Program-made: the position numbers and the translations under genes
Part shown: one piece after another, positions 39,058 to 49,522 of the stretch
Layout: each line of letters begins with the position of its first letter
How positions within the stretch are numbered: position 1 is the stretch's first letter
The notes under the pieces: model-generated
The model's input: only the letters and a program-made list of their open reading frames with translations
Database searches by the model: none
Told to the model about the DNA's origin: nothing
DNA from: Candidatus Aenigmatarchaeota archaeon
GTDB lineage: Archaea; Aenigmatarchaeota; Aenigmatarchaeia; QMZP01
Reading direction: 5' to 3'
Length of the DNA stretch: 64,000 bases
Assembly: GCA_038999435.1 (NCBI GenBank)
Contig: JAVZYR010000001.1
Span: forward strand, 12,708-76,707

Positions 39058-41028
39058 TCAAACTTTTTGCAAAAATTTCGGGCTTGGCTCAAACAGGGTA
39101 CCGTCTCTTTTTAGCTTCTCTATCGCTTCTTCTGCCTTATCCTTATCTATACCTTCTTTTTCTGCATTTTCTATAACCTCATGTACAGGTATCTCTTTCT
39201 TTTTCTTGCTGAGGTTGTTAATTATATCAAGTATGACCCTTATTGCAGCGCGCTCAGTTGATGTTGTTATACCTTCGGTCCTATCAACATCAATTACATT
39301 TGTTCCAGGTTCACAACCAAGTTGCTTTAGTGAAAATTCCATAAGCCTTATTGCCCTTAGCGCATCTTCCTTTCTTACATAATCTTGAAGCTGAATTTTT
39401 GCTGATGCCTCTGACAATCTAAGTAAAGCCTCAAATTGTCTTAATGTAATTGGTATGGGTGCGCCAAGGCTTTGTGCTTTCCTTCTCGTCTCAACGTAAA
39501 AATTTTTCAGCAATTCTTGTGTCTCTTTTGTATGCTCTGGCTTGCATCTCTCTCTTGTATAGGCAATATATTTCCGTATCAGTGATGGTTCAAGAATTGG
39601 AAGGGTTTCTTTAGATTCTGTTCTTGCTTTGAATATGTGTTCAACAACCTTTGCATCTTCTTCAGGATTTGGGATATCTTTTAGAACAAATTTTAAATCA
39701 AATCTACCAAGAAGCGTGTCTGGTATAGTTATTTGTTTTGCTATTGGCATGTACGGGTCAAATCTACCAAATTTAGGATTACCACCTGCAAGTACAGAGG
39801 TTTGCGCAGGTAATGTCGTGACTATTGATGCCTTTGCTATAGAAACGCTTCCTTGTTCAAGTGCCTCGTGCATTGCAACCTGGTCATCTGCAGACATCTT
39901 TTCGAATTCATCCACTGAAAGAAGGCCTTTGTTTGCAAGTACAATTGCACCAGCCTCTACAACCCACCCTCCCATGAATTGTTCATCTTTTGAAACGGTT
40001 GCGGTCAGACCTGCAGTAGTCACACCCTTTCCAGATACATATCTCCCTCTCGGTACAATCGATGGTACAAGCTTCATTAGTTGTGATTTCCCTGATGCAG
40101 GATCACCTATCAGCAGGATGTGTATATTTCCTCTGAATTTTGTACCATCAGGTAATGTCCTTGGTACGCCTCCAAAAAGTTGAAGTATGACAGCCTCCTT
40201 TATTTCTCTCATACCATACAGGCTTGGTGCAAGAGAATCAATAAGCATATCATAGATTTGCGGATTTTTTGCAAGCTCTTTGATCAACATTTCATCTTCA
40301 GGTGTTATCTCAACCTTCTCATATCCAATTTCAGTTGGTTCAATCCAATTTACATCAAGGTAGAAATCAAGTTTGACTGTAGATTTTGTTTTTGGTATTT
40401 CTCTGAGTATACCTGTTACTTTTATCCTATTTCCAGGATCGGTGAGATTTCTAAGGCCTTTTTTAACAAGGTCCCCCTTCAGCCATATTGTCAATTGTGA
40501 TGGCCTTTCCCCTTCTGTTAGTTCAAATGGTTCTTCTATTACTGCCCATCTGCTATCTATTAATTTTTTGCTAACCTGCCTTATTCCTCTTCTATTTCCA
40601 CAATCGCATTGCGTAGGTTTTGGGAGCCAATTTGCTATCCTTTCTGTAATCATTATTTTACCACAATCAGGACATTTCCACTCAGCATACATTATTTCAG
40701 GTCTTATCTCAGATGATTTTCTTACAATGCCTTCTGTGCATATAAATTTTCCTATATGTCTTGACCTAAGGTCTCTTATATTCGTTATGTCAACGTTAAT
40801 GATACCAGGTCTTTTTTGAAAGTTTAATTCTTTGAGTGCCTCGTCAGCTATCTCAAACCATTCCTCAGGATTTTCTAAGAGCAATTCTGCAAGCTGTGGA
40901 TTAAATCGATGCATCAAACCAAAATCAACAACAAAAACATCTTCTGCTTCGACAATATTTTTAAGTAGCCCTTTTTCAAAAAAATCTTTTAGCTCAAATA
41001 CAAGCCTTTCTCTTTTTTCTTCAGGCAT
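39058..41028 (-). CDS. mcm: Replicative helicase MCM
   Basis: Zn finger CPDC, IHILLIGDPASGKS, AGLTA, DEFEKM, HEALEQ, GRFD, TLRQ.E, C-terminal wHTH. Confidence 0.97.
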   Translation of the reverse strand: MPEEKRERLVFELKDFFEKGLLKNIVEAEDVFVVDFGLMHRFNPQLAELLLENPEEWFEIADEALKELNFQKRPGIINVDITNIRDLRSRHIGKFICTEGIVRKSSEIRPEIMYAEWKCPDCGKIMITERIANWLPKPTQCDCGNRRGIRQVSKKLIDSRWAVIEEPFELTEGERPSQLTIWLKGDLVKKGLRNLTDPGNRIKVTGILREIPKTKSTVKLDFYLDVNWIEPTEIGYEKVEITPEDEMLIKELAKNPQIYDMLIDSLAPSLYGMREIKEAVILQLFGGVPRTLPDGTKFRGNIHILLIGDPASGKSQLMKLVPSIVPRGRYVSGKGVTTAGLTATVSKDEQFMGGWVVEAGAIVLANKGLLSVDEFEKMSADDQVAMHEALEQGSVSIAKASIVTTLPAQTSVLAGGNPKFGRFDPYMPIAKQITIPDTLLGRFDLKFVLKDIPNPEEDAKVVEHIFKARTESKETLPILEPSLIRKYIAYTRERCKPEHTKETQELLKNFYVETRRKAQSLGAPIPITLRQFEALLRLSEASAKIQLQDYVRKEDALRAIRLMEFSLKQLGCEPGTNVIDVDRTEGITTSTERAAIRVILDIINNLSKKKKEIPVHEVIENAEKEGIDKDKAEEAIEKLKRDGTLFEPSPKFLQKV

Positions 41029-41065
41029 GTTTTACTTTTGGCAGATAGAAATTTTAATCTTTGTG

Positions 41066-41818
41066 CTACTTAGACATTTGTGCTAATCTAGACCTTACCT
41101 CTTCAAGTTCTTTAACTGTATTAACAGGAATCCACATTTCTACAGGGAGAAAACATGAGTATATTTTTTTCTTTTTTGCAAGAAAAGGAAAAACTGTTTT
41201 TTCCCATTCAACAGGTATTTTGCTATTGAGTGGAATGTATTTTTCGATTGCATCAAAAAATTCTGGCTCTGCGATGAATATGCCCGTATTTGTAGGTATT
41301 CGGATTATTGGCTTCTCTTCAAATCCTTGCACAATACCATTATTTCTAATTTTTGCTGCACCAAAAGGATATTTCTGACCCTTTGTGAAAAGCACCGTAA
41401 TGGCTGTATTAAATCTTTTAATCCCGATTAGGTGTGCCTTGAGCAATACCTCAGGATATTTGTCATCAAGTATAACATCATCAGGAAAGACAAAGATAGA
41501 GCGTTTTCTTTCAACTGCCCCATCTTTCAATGCATGTCTTAGGGCAAGGCCTTTTCCTGGTGCAATACCAGGCTTAAAAGGTGGATCAGGGTAAAATTTT
41601 ATATCAAGCCTTTTATATTTTCTGCTAACATGTTTTACGATTTCCTTATGTTTTCCATAGAGAATTATAAAATTTTTTGCTCCATATTTCAAAAGCTGTT
41701 TAATAGTTCTATCAAGAAGTGTATTTTTGTCTATTTTAATAAGGGCTTTTGGTTTTTTGATGCCCATCCTTTTAGCCATGCCACCAGCAAGTATAACAAT
41801 TTGAATATCCTTTAACAT
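41066..41818 (-). CDS. Sugar-phosphate nucleotidyltransferase family protein
   Basis: ILAGG.AKRM...PK; FEEKP; NTGIF. Confidence 0.88.
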   Translation of the reverse strand: MLKDIQIVILAGGMAKRMGIKKPKALIKIDKNTLLDRTIKQLLKYGAKNFIILYGKHKEIVKHVSRKYKRLDIKFYPDPPFKPGIAPGKGLALRHALKDGAVERKRSIFVFPDDVILDDKYPEVLLKAHLIGIKRFNTAITVLFTKGQKYPFGAAKIRNNGIVQGFEEKPIIRIPTNTGIFIAEPEFFDAIEKYIPLNSKIPVEWEKTVFPFLAKKKKIYSCFLPVEMWIPVNTVKELEEVRSRLAQMSK

Positions 41819-41913
41819 AAAATTGATTGTATGCTTGTTTTAAAAATATGTAGAAGAATCTAAAGCTTTTAAATAACCAAAAACAATTTTAACATTAAAA
41901 ATGGAGGTTTGAA

Positions 41914-42141
41914 ATGGTAGAATTTGAAACACTGAAAACAGAAGAAGTAAAATTTGGGAAAAATAACTTCATAGAGATAGCAAGGAAAAAAGCAATAGCG
42001 ACAGACAATGAAAATGAGTTTATTGCAATAAGCCGAGGGTTTTTCCTTCCTGATGGCACGAGGCGATACAAGAGATCGATAGCGATACCTGATGAAAAAG
42101 AAATAAAAGAGTTTATATCTGAAAAATTAAAAGAAATCTAA
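41914..42141 (+). CDS. Small PC4/PUR-like putative ssDNA/RNA-binding protein
   Basis: Strong SD GGAGGT; beta-beta-beta-beta-alpha pattern NFIEIARK...FIAISRGF..DG..RYKRSIAIP plus C-terminal helix; fold is inferred. Confidence 0.6.
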   Translation: MVEFETLKTEEVKFGKNNFIEIARKKAIATDNENEFIAISRGFFLPDGTRRYKRSIAIPDEKEIKEFISEKLKEI

Positions 42142-42164
42142 TATAATTCTGGCAAATATTTAAT

Positions 42165-43817
42165 ATGTTAAGCCAGAAAGACAAAGATGTAGTTTTAAGG
42201 TTCTGTCTACAAAATGCAATTTTACATAATGGAAAGGCTGATGAAAAGGCAGTTCTTAGTAAAGTATTAGGTACAAGGCCAGAGCTTAGAGTAAAAATAG
42301 ATGAACTTAGAAAAGAGATAAACAAAATCATTAAAGATATAAATAAACTTGACATATCTAAACAAAAAGAAAAACTTGAAAAAATAGCACCAGAACTTCT
42401 TGAAAAAGAAAAAGAAAAATTTGAACTTCCAGATATCAAAACAAAAGAGAAGTTTGTCACAAGGTTTGCACCATCACCAACAGGCCCTTTAAATATATTT
42501 CATTTTCTCAGACCAGTATACATACCATATTATTATGCAAAAAAATATCATGGAATATGGATATTGAGATTCGATGATACTGACCCGGCAAGAATAGAAA
42601 GGCAATTTTACGATTTTATAATTGAAGATTTGAGAAATTTTGGTATAATCCCAGATAAAATCATATATCAATCTGATAGCATTGAAGATTGTTATTCAAA
42701 GGCAAAAAAACTTTTAGATGAGAAAAAGGCATACATATGCACATGCCCTGTCGAAAAATTTAAGGAATTAAAAGAAAGAAAAATCAATTGCCCATGCAGG
42801 GATGGAAGGCATGCAAAGCTCTGGTCAGAAATCCTTACAGGAAAAATAAAAGAAGGTCATGCAGTTGTCAGGCTTAAAACAAGCATGCAGAGTCCAAATC
42901 CGGCTATAAGGGACCCACCTCTGCTTAGAATCATAGAGGCAGAGCATCCGAGAAAAGGTAAAAAATATAAATTGTGGCCTGTGTATAACTTTGCTTCAGT
43001 TATATGTGACCATAATGAAGGCATAACCCACATTTTTAGAGGAAAGGAGCATGAACATAATACAGAAATTCAGAAAATGATATATTCTGCATTAGGATGG
43101 GATACCCCTTCTGTGATAAATTTTGGCATGATATACTTTCCAACTGAAAAGATGCACACAAGGGACATAAAAAGGGCAATAAAGGAAGGTAAGCTGAAAG
43201 GATGGGATGATCCACGGTTACCAACATTAAGAGCATTATTAAGAAGAGGTTTTGACCCTGAAGCATTGAAACAACTTTCTTTAAAAATTGGCCTGACAAA
43301 AACAGACATCAAACTTGGCTGGGAAAATATAGAAGCATTTAACCGAAAGATTATAGACCCAAAATCTAATAGATATTTTTTCGTTCCAAACCCTGTCAGA
43401 ATATCCATTGATGGGATAAAAACAAAAGAGGTCAAACTTAAATTACATCCTGATTTTGGTGAAAGAGGTGAGAGGGTAATACCAGTAGAACGAGATAGGA
43501 TATATATAGATAGGAGCGATTGGGAAAAGATGCAGGGAAAGGAGGTAAGGCTTATTGGTTTGTGCAATATAAGGCTAAAAGGTGATAAAGGTGAATGTAC
43601 AGGTTTGGAGATCAAAAAGGAGATTCAAAAGATTCAATGGGTCTCAGAACCTCATTTAAATCTAAGGCTCATCAGGCCAGAAGGAGAAATTAGCGGTTTT
43701 TGCGAGCCTGATTTGGTTAAGGTTGAAATAGGGAAAACTGTGCAGTTAGAGCGGATAGGTTTTGGCAGGGTCGATGCGAAAAATTCTGAGATTGTGATAT
43801 ATTGGGCACATCAATAA
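42165..43817 (+). CDS. gltX: Glutamyl-tRNA synthetase (archaeal, presumably non-discriminating given gatDE)
   Basis: NA..H.GKA N-domain, TRFAPSP.GPL, RFDDTD, RGKEH, GWDDPRLPTL, QLER.GF. Confidence 0.95.
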   Translation: MLSQKDKDVVLRFCLQNAILHNGKADEKAVLSKVLGTRPELRVKIDELRKEINKIIKDINKLDISKQKEKLEKIAPELLEKEKEKFELPDIKTKEKFVTRFAPSPTGPLNIFHFLRPVYIPYYYAKKYHGIWILRFDDTDPARIERQFYDFIIEDLRNFGIIPDKIIYQSDSIEDCYSKAKKLLDEKKAYICTCPVEKFKELKERKINCPCRDGRHAKLWSEILTGKIKEGHAVVRLKTSMQSPNPAIRDPPLLRIIEAEHPRKGKKYKLWPVYNFASVICDHNEGITHIFRGKEHEHNTEIQKMIYSALGWDTPSVINFGMIYFPTEKMHTRDIKRAIKEGKLKGWDDPRLPTLRALLRRGFDPEALKQLSLKIGLTKTDIKLGWENIEAFNRKIIDPKSNRYFFVPNPVRISIDGIKTKEVKLKLHPDFGERGERVIPVERDRIYIDRSDWEKMQGKEVRLIGLCNIRLKGDKGECTGLEIKKEIQKIQWVSEPHLNLRLIRPEGEISGFCEPDLVKVEIGKTVQLERIGFGRVDAKNSEIVIYWAHQ

Positions 43818-43818
43818 A

Positions 43819-45876
43819 TCATATTATCCCAAGCCCAGCTAATGCCTCTTTAATAAGGCTGCCGAACATAGAACTTGTTGCAATAGCAATGAGCATGTAG
43901 AATATGAGGGCGATTAAAATCATCTGGCCAGCTGTCGCTTTTAGAGAGACAGGATCTTCTCCCTTATCAATCTTTATCAGGAAGAGTGCAAGCACAAAAA
44001 CAATTTCAAGCAGATATATACCTACTATCAGTTGAAACATAGATGCTGTGATGGATGGTGCACCCATGCTGATAAGACTAAAATTTAATCCACCTATCGG
44101 TCCACCAGCCCCTGCAACACTTTGTAGATAATCTCCTAATTTGATTAAAACCTGAACTATCACATCTGTCATTGCAACAATGAGCCCTGATATCATTGGC
44201 GTAAGAAAGTATGCCTGAAATTTCATCGAACTTGTTGTATCAGAGAGGATCTCCCTTATATATTCTTGCGTCTCCTTTATTGATTTGAGATAATTTGCAA
44301 TTCTAAGCATACTTTCAGATGCATATCTCACACCTTTCTTTGCAGTATCTATAACCGTGTACATGATATTCTCGATGAGTCTTGATGGATAGTATTTTAT
44401 TGCACCCCATTGTTTGTCAAACAACGCTTGCTCAAATGTCATGCCAAGTGTTCTCATATTCTTTAATGTATGTTTGAAAAGGCCTGCTATTTCCATATCT
44501 TTCAGCTCACCTATTGCATATTCCATTGCAACCTCTGTCGGAATTCCACCAGCAACTCTATTTCCGAGCTGGAAGAGTGCAAGTTCAAATTCTGATTCAA
44601 TCTTTTGGATGGAATTCTGTATTTTTATCATCTGATGTGATGAGAGGAAGAAATAGGCACCAACAGCAAAACCAACAGCCATGACAATCAAACCGGACAT
44701 GGTCATCGAAAGTATAGGGTTTGGATCATATACTGCTTTTGGTTGTTGTGTTTCAGGGTCAAATGGAGGGATGAGAAAATCAGGGTTTGTTATAAAATAT
44801 ATAAATCCAGGGGTAGCAAGGATGATAAAGACGCAAAGGGATATTGGCCATATCGGCATATCCTTTTTCCCAATCCTAAGATGTCCAGGTTTTGGTAGTT
44901 CGGGATGTCGAGAGATGTCAATCTGGGAAAAAGTTGCAGGCCTTTTGTTAAGTGTATTTGTAATAAACCATATTATCACAATAGGAAGGATAATATTATA
45001 ACCCAAAACAAAATGAACAGGTGATACAAGGTTTGCAAGAAAAACAGCAGCTAATGGCGCCATGATTGTGCCGAGTACTGGGAGTATAATCCCCATCATG
45101 TGTATGACCATAACAGGCATCTTTAGATCCTGTGCATAATGTTTCATTCTCGTCTTTGTCCCTTCGAGCACAACATTTAGTGCTTGGTCTAGAACCTCTT
45201 TTGCCCTTTCAGGTGGTTGGAATTGAGAATCCTTAATGAGTCGTAAAGATTCCGCAAATTCTTCATTTTCGAATTTCCATTTTTTGATATATGCATCGAT
45301 TGCCTCATTTGCAGATGGGTATATCCGCATTTCTATATCCCAGAGGAGTTTTCTCATATCCCATGCAAGTTCGCCTGATACATTAAGTGCTGCAAATTTC
45401 AATGCCCTTTCTAGATTTGGTGAAACCCTCATCGACACGACCATATAAAGGATTGCCAGCACAATCTGCGCCGATGCCTTTATTCGATAGTTTTTAACGA
45501 GATTTAATGGATATTTCAAGAAATAATACGAAACAAGAAAACCCATTGCCATAATGAGCATCCCGCCTATTATAGGGACACCGAATGCAACTATTGCAAT
45601 CACACCAAGGACCACAAATGAAATTATCGTCAAAATCATCAATGCCATAACAGATTCTGGTGTAACTCTTAGTCCAGTAAAAGCAACAGCAGATTCTATA
45701 TTTCTTTTAACATCATCACTTGGCTTGACTTTGATAAGTGATGCTGCAATGTCATTCAATCTTTCATACCAGTTTTTCTTTCTTTCAGCAACCTCTTTGA
45801 AAATTTTGTATTCTCTTGTGACAAGTTCAGGTTCCTTTTTAATCTCTGGCTCTTTTTTCTTTCCAAATAAAACCAT
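43819..45876 (-). CDS. Type IV pilus/T2SS platform membrane protein (tandem T2SSF/TadC-like domains)
   Basis: Multi-TM; NLERAL.FAA..G.LA and LFQLG..GG.P.E.A soluble repeats between TM bundles. Confidence 0.75.
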   Translation of the reverse strand: MVLFGKKKEPEIKKEPELVTREYKIFKEVAERKKNWYERLNDIAASLIKVKPSDDVKRNIESAVAFTGLRVTPESVMALMILTIISFVVLGVIAIVAFGVPIIGGMLIMAMGFLVSYYFLKYPLNLVKNYRIKASAQIVLAILYMVVSMRVSPNLERALKFAALNVSGELAWDMRKLLWDIEMRIYPSANEAIDAYIKKWKFENEEFAESLRLIKDSQFQPPERAKEVLDQALNVVLEGTKTRMKHYAQDLKMPVMVIHMMGIILPVLGTIMAPLAAVFLANLVSPVHFVLGYNIILPIVIIWFITNTLNKRPATFSQIDISRHPELPKPGHLRIGKKDMPIWPISLCVFIILATPGFIYFITNPDFLIPPFDPETQQPKAVYDPNPILSMTMSGLIVMAVGFAVGAYFFLSSHQMIKIQNSIQKIESEFELALFQLGNRVAGGIPTEVAMEYAIGELKDMEIAGLFKHTLKNMRTLGMTFEQALFDKQWGAIKYYPSRLIENIMYTVIDTAKKGVRYASESMLRIANYLKSIKETQEYIREILSDTTSSMKFQAYFLTPMISGLIVAMTDVIVQVLIKLGDYLQSVAGAGGPIGGLNFSLISMGAPSITASMFQLIVGIYLLEIVFVLALFLIKIDKGEDPVSLKATAGQMILIALIFYMLIAIATSSMFGSLIKEALAGLGII

Positions 45877-45878
45877 AT

Positions 45879-46484
45879 TTAAATTTTATTTTTTCGAATA
45901 TAAGAGAGGATTGCTGGAAGCTCTGATACATTGTTTATACTGAAATCAGCATCTATTCCAACACCAACCACAATACAACCTGCTCTATGACCTGCATCCA
46001 CATCTGCTTTTGTATCACCAACCAACAATGCCTCTTTTGGTTTTATACCTAATGCTTTGCATGCTTTAGTTATTGCTTCAGGGTTTGGTTTACCATCATT
46101 CACATCATCTCCGGTTATGATTGCATCAAACTTCCATTTTGTCATTTTCACAATCTCCATAACCTCATTTTTAGGAGAGTTCGTCACAAGGGCAATTCTA
46201 AACATTTTGCTAATTTTTTCCAAAACAGGTCCCGATGCCTTTAAAATTTTTATTTTATCCAAATAACCAAAATGTTTTTCATTGCAGTATTTTACTGCAT
46301 CATTACCAAGCCCAAACTTTTTGAGATTAGATTTCACATCATATCCCCAAAAGTTTTTTCTAAAATTTTCCTTGCTAATTTTTTCAAGTCCATATTTTTC
46401 AAGCGTTGCATTTATTGCTTCAAACCAGCTTTCAAATGAATCAATCAATACACCATCAAGGTCAAAAAGCACGGCCTTTATCAT
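45879..46484 (-). CDS. HAD-superfamily phosphatase
   Basis: FDLDGVL, VTN, KPNP, VGDT..D; start at MIKAV. Confidence 0.92.
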   Translation of the reverse strand: MIKAVLFDLDGVLIDSFESWFEAINATLEKYGLEKISKENFRKNFWGYDVKSNLKKFGLGNDAVKYCNEKHFGYLDKIKILKASGPVLEKISKMFRIALVTNSPKNEVMEIVKMTKWKFDAIITGDDVNDGKPNPEAITKACKALGIKPKEALLVGDTKADVDAGHRAGCIVVGVGIDADFSINNVSELPAILSYIRKNKI

Positions 46485-46510
46485 TTTAATTTTTGTTTTA
46501 TAATTAAGAT

Positions 46511-47251
46511 ATGATTGAATTCGTAATAGCATTTTTAGCCTATCTCGTTGCAGGTCTTTTGGATTTGAAAACAACAGAATTTCCAAATTGGATACCATAT
46601 TCTCTCATTGCATCCATACTTGCTATAAACATCATCCGTTCATTTTCAATCCCTGATATATCAATTTTCATTGGCTCACTTACATTCGGTATGATTTTTC
46701 TTGCAGCAGGTTTATTGCTTTATGCAGCAAGGGCATGGGGTGATGGTGATGCTTGGCTTTTTGGTTCGTTGGGGTTCATTTTTTATTTTTCTCCTCTAAA
46801 AATCCTCATTGTTTTCTCGATAACTGCACTAATATACACAATTTTGTACTCTTTCTATATTGGCCTTCGCAATGATAAAGTCTTGAAGGCATTTAAAAAA
46901 GAAATCAGAACAAAGAGAAATGTTTTATGCATCATTTTTTCGGTATTTACACTTTTTTCTATTTTTACATACAATCTTTTAAAACAGCCAATTATTATTT
47001 TCTTACCTCTTTTCATCCTTTTTATCTTATTTTATATACCTTTTGCATTACATGTTGAAAGAATATGTTTTAGAAAAAGAATACATGTTTCAGAGCTAAC
47101 CATGAATCATATTCCCATAAAAAGTCTGTTAAGAAATATGAAACCTGAGGAACTCGAGAGATTGAAAAAAAGGAATGGGTACATATGGGTTAAAGAAGGT
47201 ATCAGATTTAGTCCGGTCTTTTTTTTGACACTACTCTTTACATTGGTTTAA
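46511..47251 (+). CDS. Prepilin/preflagellin peptidase (A24 family)
   Basis: DLK..EFPNW first Asp, WGDGDA GxGD second Asp, multi-TM, RFSP.F C-terminus. Confidence 0.85.
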   Translation: MIEFVIAFLAYLVAGLLDLKTTEFPNWIPYSLIASILAINIIRSFSIPDISIFIGSLTFGMIFLAAGLLLYAARAWGDGDAWLFGSLGFIFYFSPLKILIVFSITALIYTILYSFYIGLRNDKVLKAFKKEIRTKRNVLCIIFSVFTLFSIFTYNLLKQPIIIFLPLFILFILFYIPFALHVERICFRKRIHVSELTMNHIPIKSLLRNMKPEELERLKKRNGYIWVKEGIRFSPVFFLTLLFTLV

Positions 47252-47274
47252 AAATAAAAAGAAGGGCAAGAAGT

Positions 47275-47571
47275 TTATATCTTTTTGACTCTTTCTATGC
47301 CAACCTTTGACACAATTGGCTTTTTGACTTTTGCAGGAAGCCATGATGGTCTGTTTTCAGGTGCTGGCACAACCTTCACAGAACCCTTGAAGACGTGTAT
47401 AGTGTATGTTTTGTCTTTATTCCTTCTTCCTCTTTCCCTTAGCCTTATGTCCTTGTAGCCTCTTGTTGCTGCTTTAAGTGCTGCCTGTCGAGGTGATCTG
47501 CCGGTAAAAATAGCCACTTTCTTGCCCGTTTTCATTATATAATACTTTTTAGCTTTCTTTGCTTTTGCCAT
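47275..47571 (-). CDS. Non-histone chromosomal protein MC1 family
   Basis: FTGRSPRQAALKAA.RG...I.LRERG...HVF.G...P.WLP...KP.V.K. Confidence 0.92.
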   Translation of the reverse strand: MAKAKKAKKYYIMKTGKKVAIFTGRSPRQAALKAATRGYKDIRLRERGRRNKDKTYTIHVFKGSVKVVPAPENRPSWLPAKVKKPIVSKVGIERVKKI

Positions 47572-47647
47572 GTATCCACCTCTTTTTGATTTTTGTCAAA
47601 AGGATTTATAAATCTTTCTTTAAATAGGTTCTTAGAATGCTCAGATA

Positions 47648-48265
47648 CTATCTTGTCTTACTCATGAGAGGGCTATTTAAATGATCTGTATTATTTATAA
47701 GCTCGATCTGTGATGTCCCATCTTTATTTATTTTAATAATATTCAGAGCTGTTTTGTCCTGTTCTAATTTTCTATATTCATTTCTAGGTAATTTGGTTAA
47801 ATAAAACAATAATTCCATAATTACTGCACCATGAGTTACGATCAAGACTGTTTTATCAGAATATTTTTTAGCAATTTTTTTAAAAAAATTCACAACTCTT
47901 TTTTGTACTTCAAGACAACTTTCTCCATCTTTTGGTTTATATTTATGAAACTCTATATTGCTTTTCTTTACAGCATCAAATAATTTCTCTTTGGGTTTGC
48001 CTTGAAAAATTCCGAAATTTCTTTCCCTTAATTCTCTTTTAAACTCTATTTTCACATGATGATATTTGTTAATTATTTCTGCAGTTTCCTTTGCTCTTTT
48101 CAAATCACTTGAAAAAATTATATCTATATTAATATTTTTCAATCGTTTAGCAATTTTTTCTGCTTGTAAAATACCATTTTGATTTAAGCTTTCATCTATC
48201 CATCCAAGAAAAATTCCTTTATTATTATAGTCTGTTTCAGCGTGTCTAACCAATAATAACCTCAT
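47648..48265 (-). CDS. Histidine phosphatase (PGM-like) family
   Basis: VRHAET, SSDL.RA.ETA, LRE..FG, VTHG. Confidence 0.93.
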   Translation of the reverse strand: MRLLLVRHAETDYNNKGIFLGWIDESLNQNGILQAEKIAKRLKNINIDIIFSSDLKRAKETAEIINKYHHVKIEFKRELRERNFGIFQGKPKEKLFDAVKKSNIEFHKYKPKDGESCLEVQKRVVNFFKKIAKKYSDKTVLIVTHGAVIMELLFYLTKLPRNEYRKLEQDKTALNIIKINKDGTSQIELINNTDHLNSPLMSKTR

Positions 48266-48382
48266 ATTATTAATTCCACATATTTTCTCATTCTATAACC
48301 TTCAGCTATTCTATTCAATTTTTGCATCTACTTTCTGAGTATCTTACATCTGACTTTTCCAAGTTTTGGCCATCAAGACCCA

Positions 48383-49522
48383 TCATTTTTTTAGTTTATA
48401 TTTCCTTTTTCTGAAAAACCAATATCCAAGCCCAGCTAATAAAAACATCCCTATGATTACAAACAACCCTTGGTTTTCCTTCTTCTCAAAATTCAACACA
48501 ATATCCTTTGATTCATGAACATCCTCAAGCTCAGGTCCTATGTATGTCAGATTAAGATGACCACTTCCTTGTAAAATAAGTGGGTAAGAAAAGGTCACTT
48601 TTTTATTTGGTTTAAGAGAGCTTGTGTAATCTATGCCTATGACTTTTCCATCAATTATTAGTTCTGCTGTTATTGCTTTTGCTTCAGCAGTACCTTTATT
48701 TGCAACTTCTATATCTAATTTCTGCCTTTCGAGGTTTGGTTTTATGTCAATTATCATAAGTGACACAGAACCCTTAATTGGAATACCAATCGAAAAGGAA
48801 TTTGTCCAACCCTGCCCTGATTCATCAACATAGAACACAGTTAGGTTTGACAAATATGTTTTGTATTCTGCTTCAGGGCTCACAGAAAGATTTATTTCAG
48901 CTATTTTGCTTTGACCTGGTTTTAGCTCATCCAAATATTTTGAGACCGAAAATATCGGCGTGATTTCAGACACTGATATAAAATTTGTCCTTATCTGTCT
49001 TGCGTCTCCAGTCCCAACATTGCTTAAATTTATTTTCATTGTTATTTGCCCACCAGGTTCTGCAACCCCTTCCATATCCACATCCTGAATAACAAGTTCT
49101 GGTTTACCTTGCACAGCAACAAAGACCTTATACAAAACCCATATCTTTGGATCATTTCTATACACTTTAAATCCTATCTCGTAATCTCCGCTTACAGCTT
49201 TTGAATCAACTATCAATTTCCAACTTGCCTTTACAGAGCTTCTTGGAGAAATCTTGGAAAATGTCTTTACTTTCTCCTCTCCAGGTAAAACTTTGAATGG
49301 GAGATTTTCTATTATTTCAATGCTATAATTTTCTGCTGCTTCAAAACCATTATTTTGTACCTCAATCTCTATGCTAAGGTTTTGACCAGGCTGAACAGGG
49401 TATGGTAGTTGTTTTGTTAAGATTATATTTAGGGATGATGCTTCAAAATACTCTGCTTTAGCAACTGTAAACATAGCAATGAAAATAAGCATCCCAATGC
49501 AAATATAACCATTTATTTTCAT
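48383..49522 (-). CDS. COG1361-like S-layer/Ig-domain membrane protein of ABC exporter operon
   Basis: Signal peptide, PYPVQPG, repeated N.G...A Ig-like units, C-terminal TM. Confidence 0.8.
   Translation of the reverse strand: MKINGYICIGMLIFIAMFTVAKAEYFEASSLNIILTKQLPYPVQPGQNLSIEIEVQNNGFEAAENYSIEIIENLPFKVLPGEEKVKTFSKISPRSSVKASWKLIVDSKAVSGDYEIGFKVYRNDPKIWVLYKVFVAVQGKPELVIQDVDMEGVAEPGGQITMKINLSNVGTGDARQIRTNFISVSEITPIFSVSKYLDELKPGQSKIAEINLSVSPEAEYKTYLSNLTVFYVDESGQGWTNSFSIGIPIKGSVSLMIIDIKPNLERQKLDIEVANKGTAEAKAITAELIIDGKVIGIDYTSSLKPNKKVTFSYPLILQGSGHLNLTYIGPELEDVHESKDIVLNFEKKENQGLFVIIGMFLLAGLGYWFFRKRKYKLKK

Noticed and set aside
39058..41028. Inteins in MCM, topoisomerases, Lhr or Cdc48
   Set aside because: Protein lengths are normal and motifs are contiguous; no intein-like insertions with C/S...HN termini seen
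48266..48382. Possible small ORF or gene remnant between the histidine phosphatase and the COG1361 gene
   Set aside because: Minus-strand frames give only ~9-22 codons with no SD or motif; cannot support a gene or pseudogene
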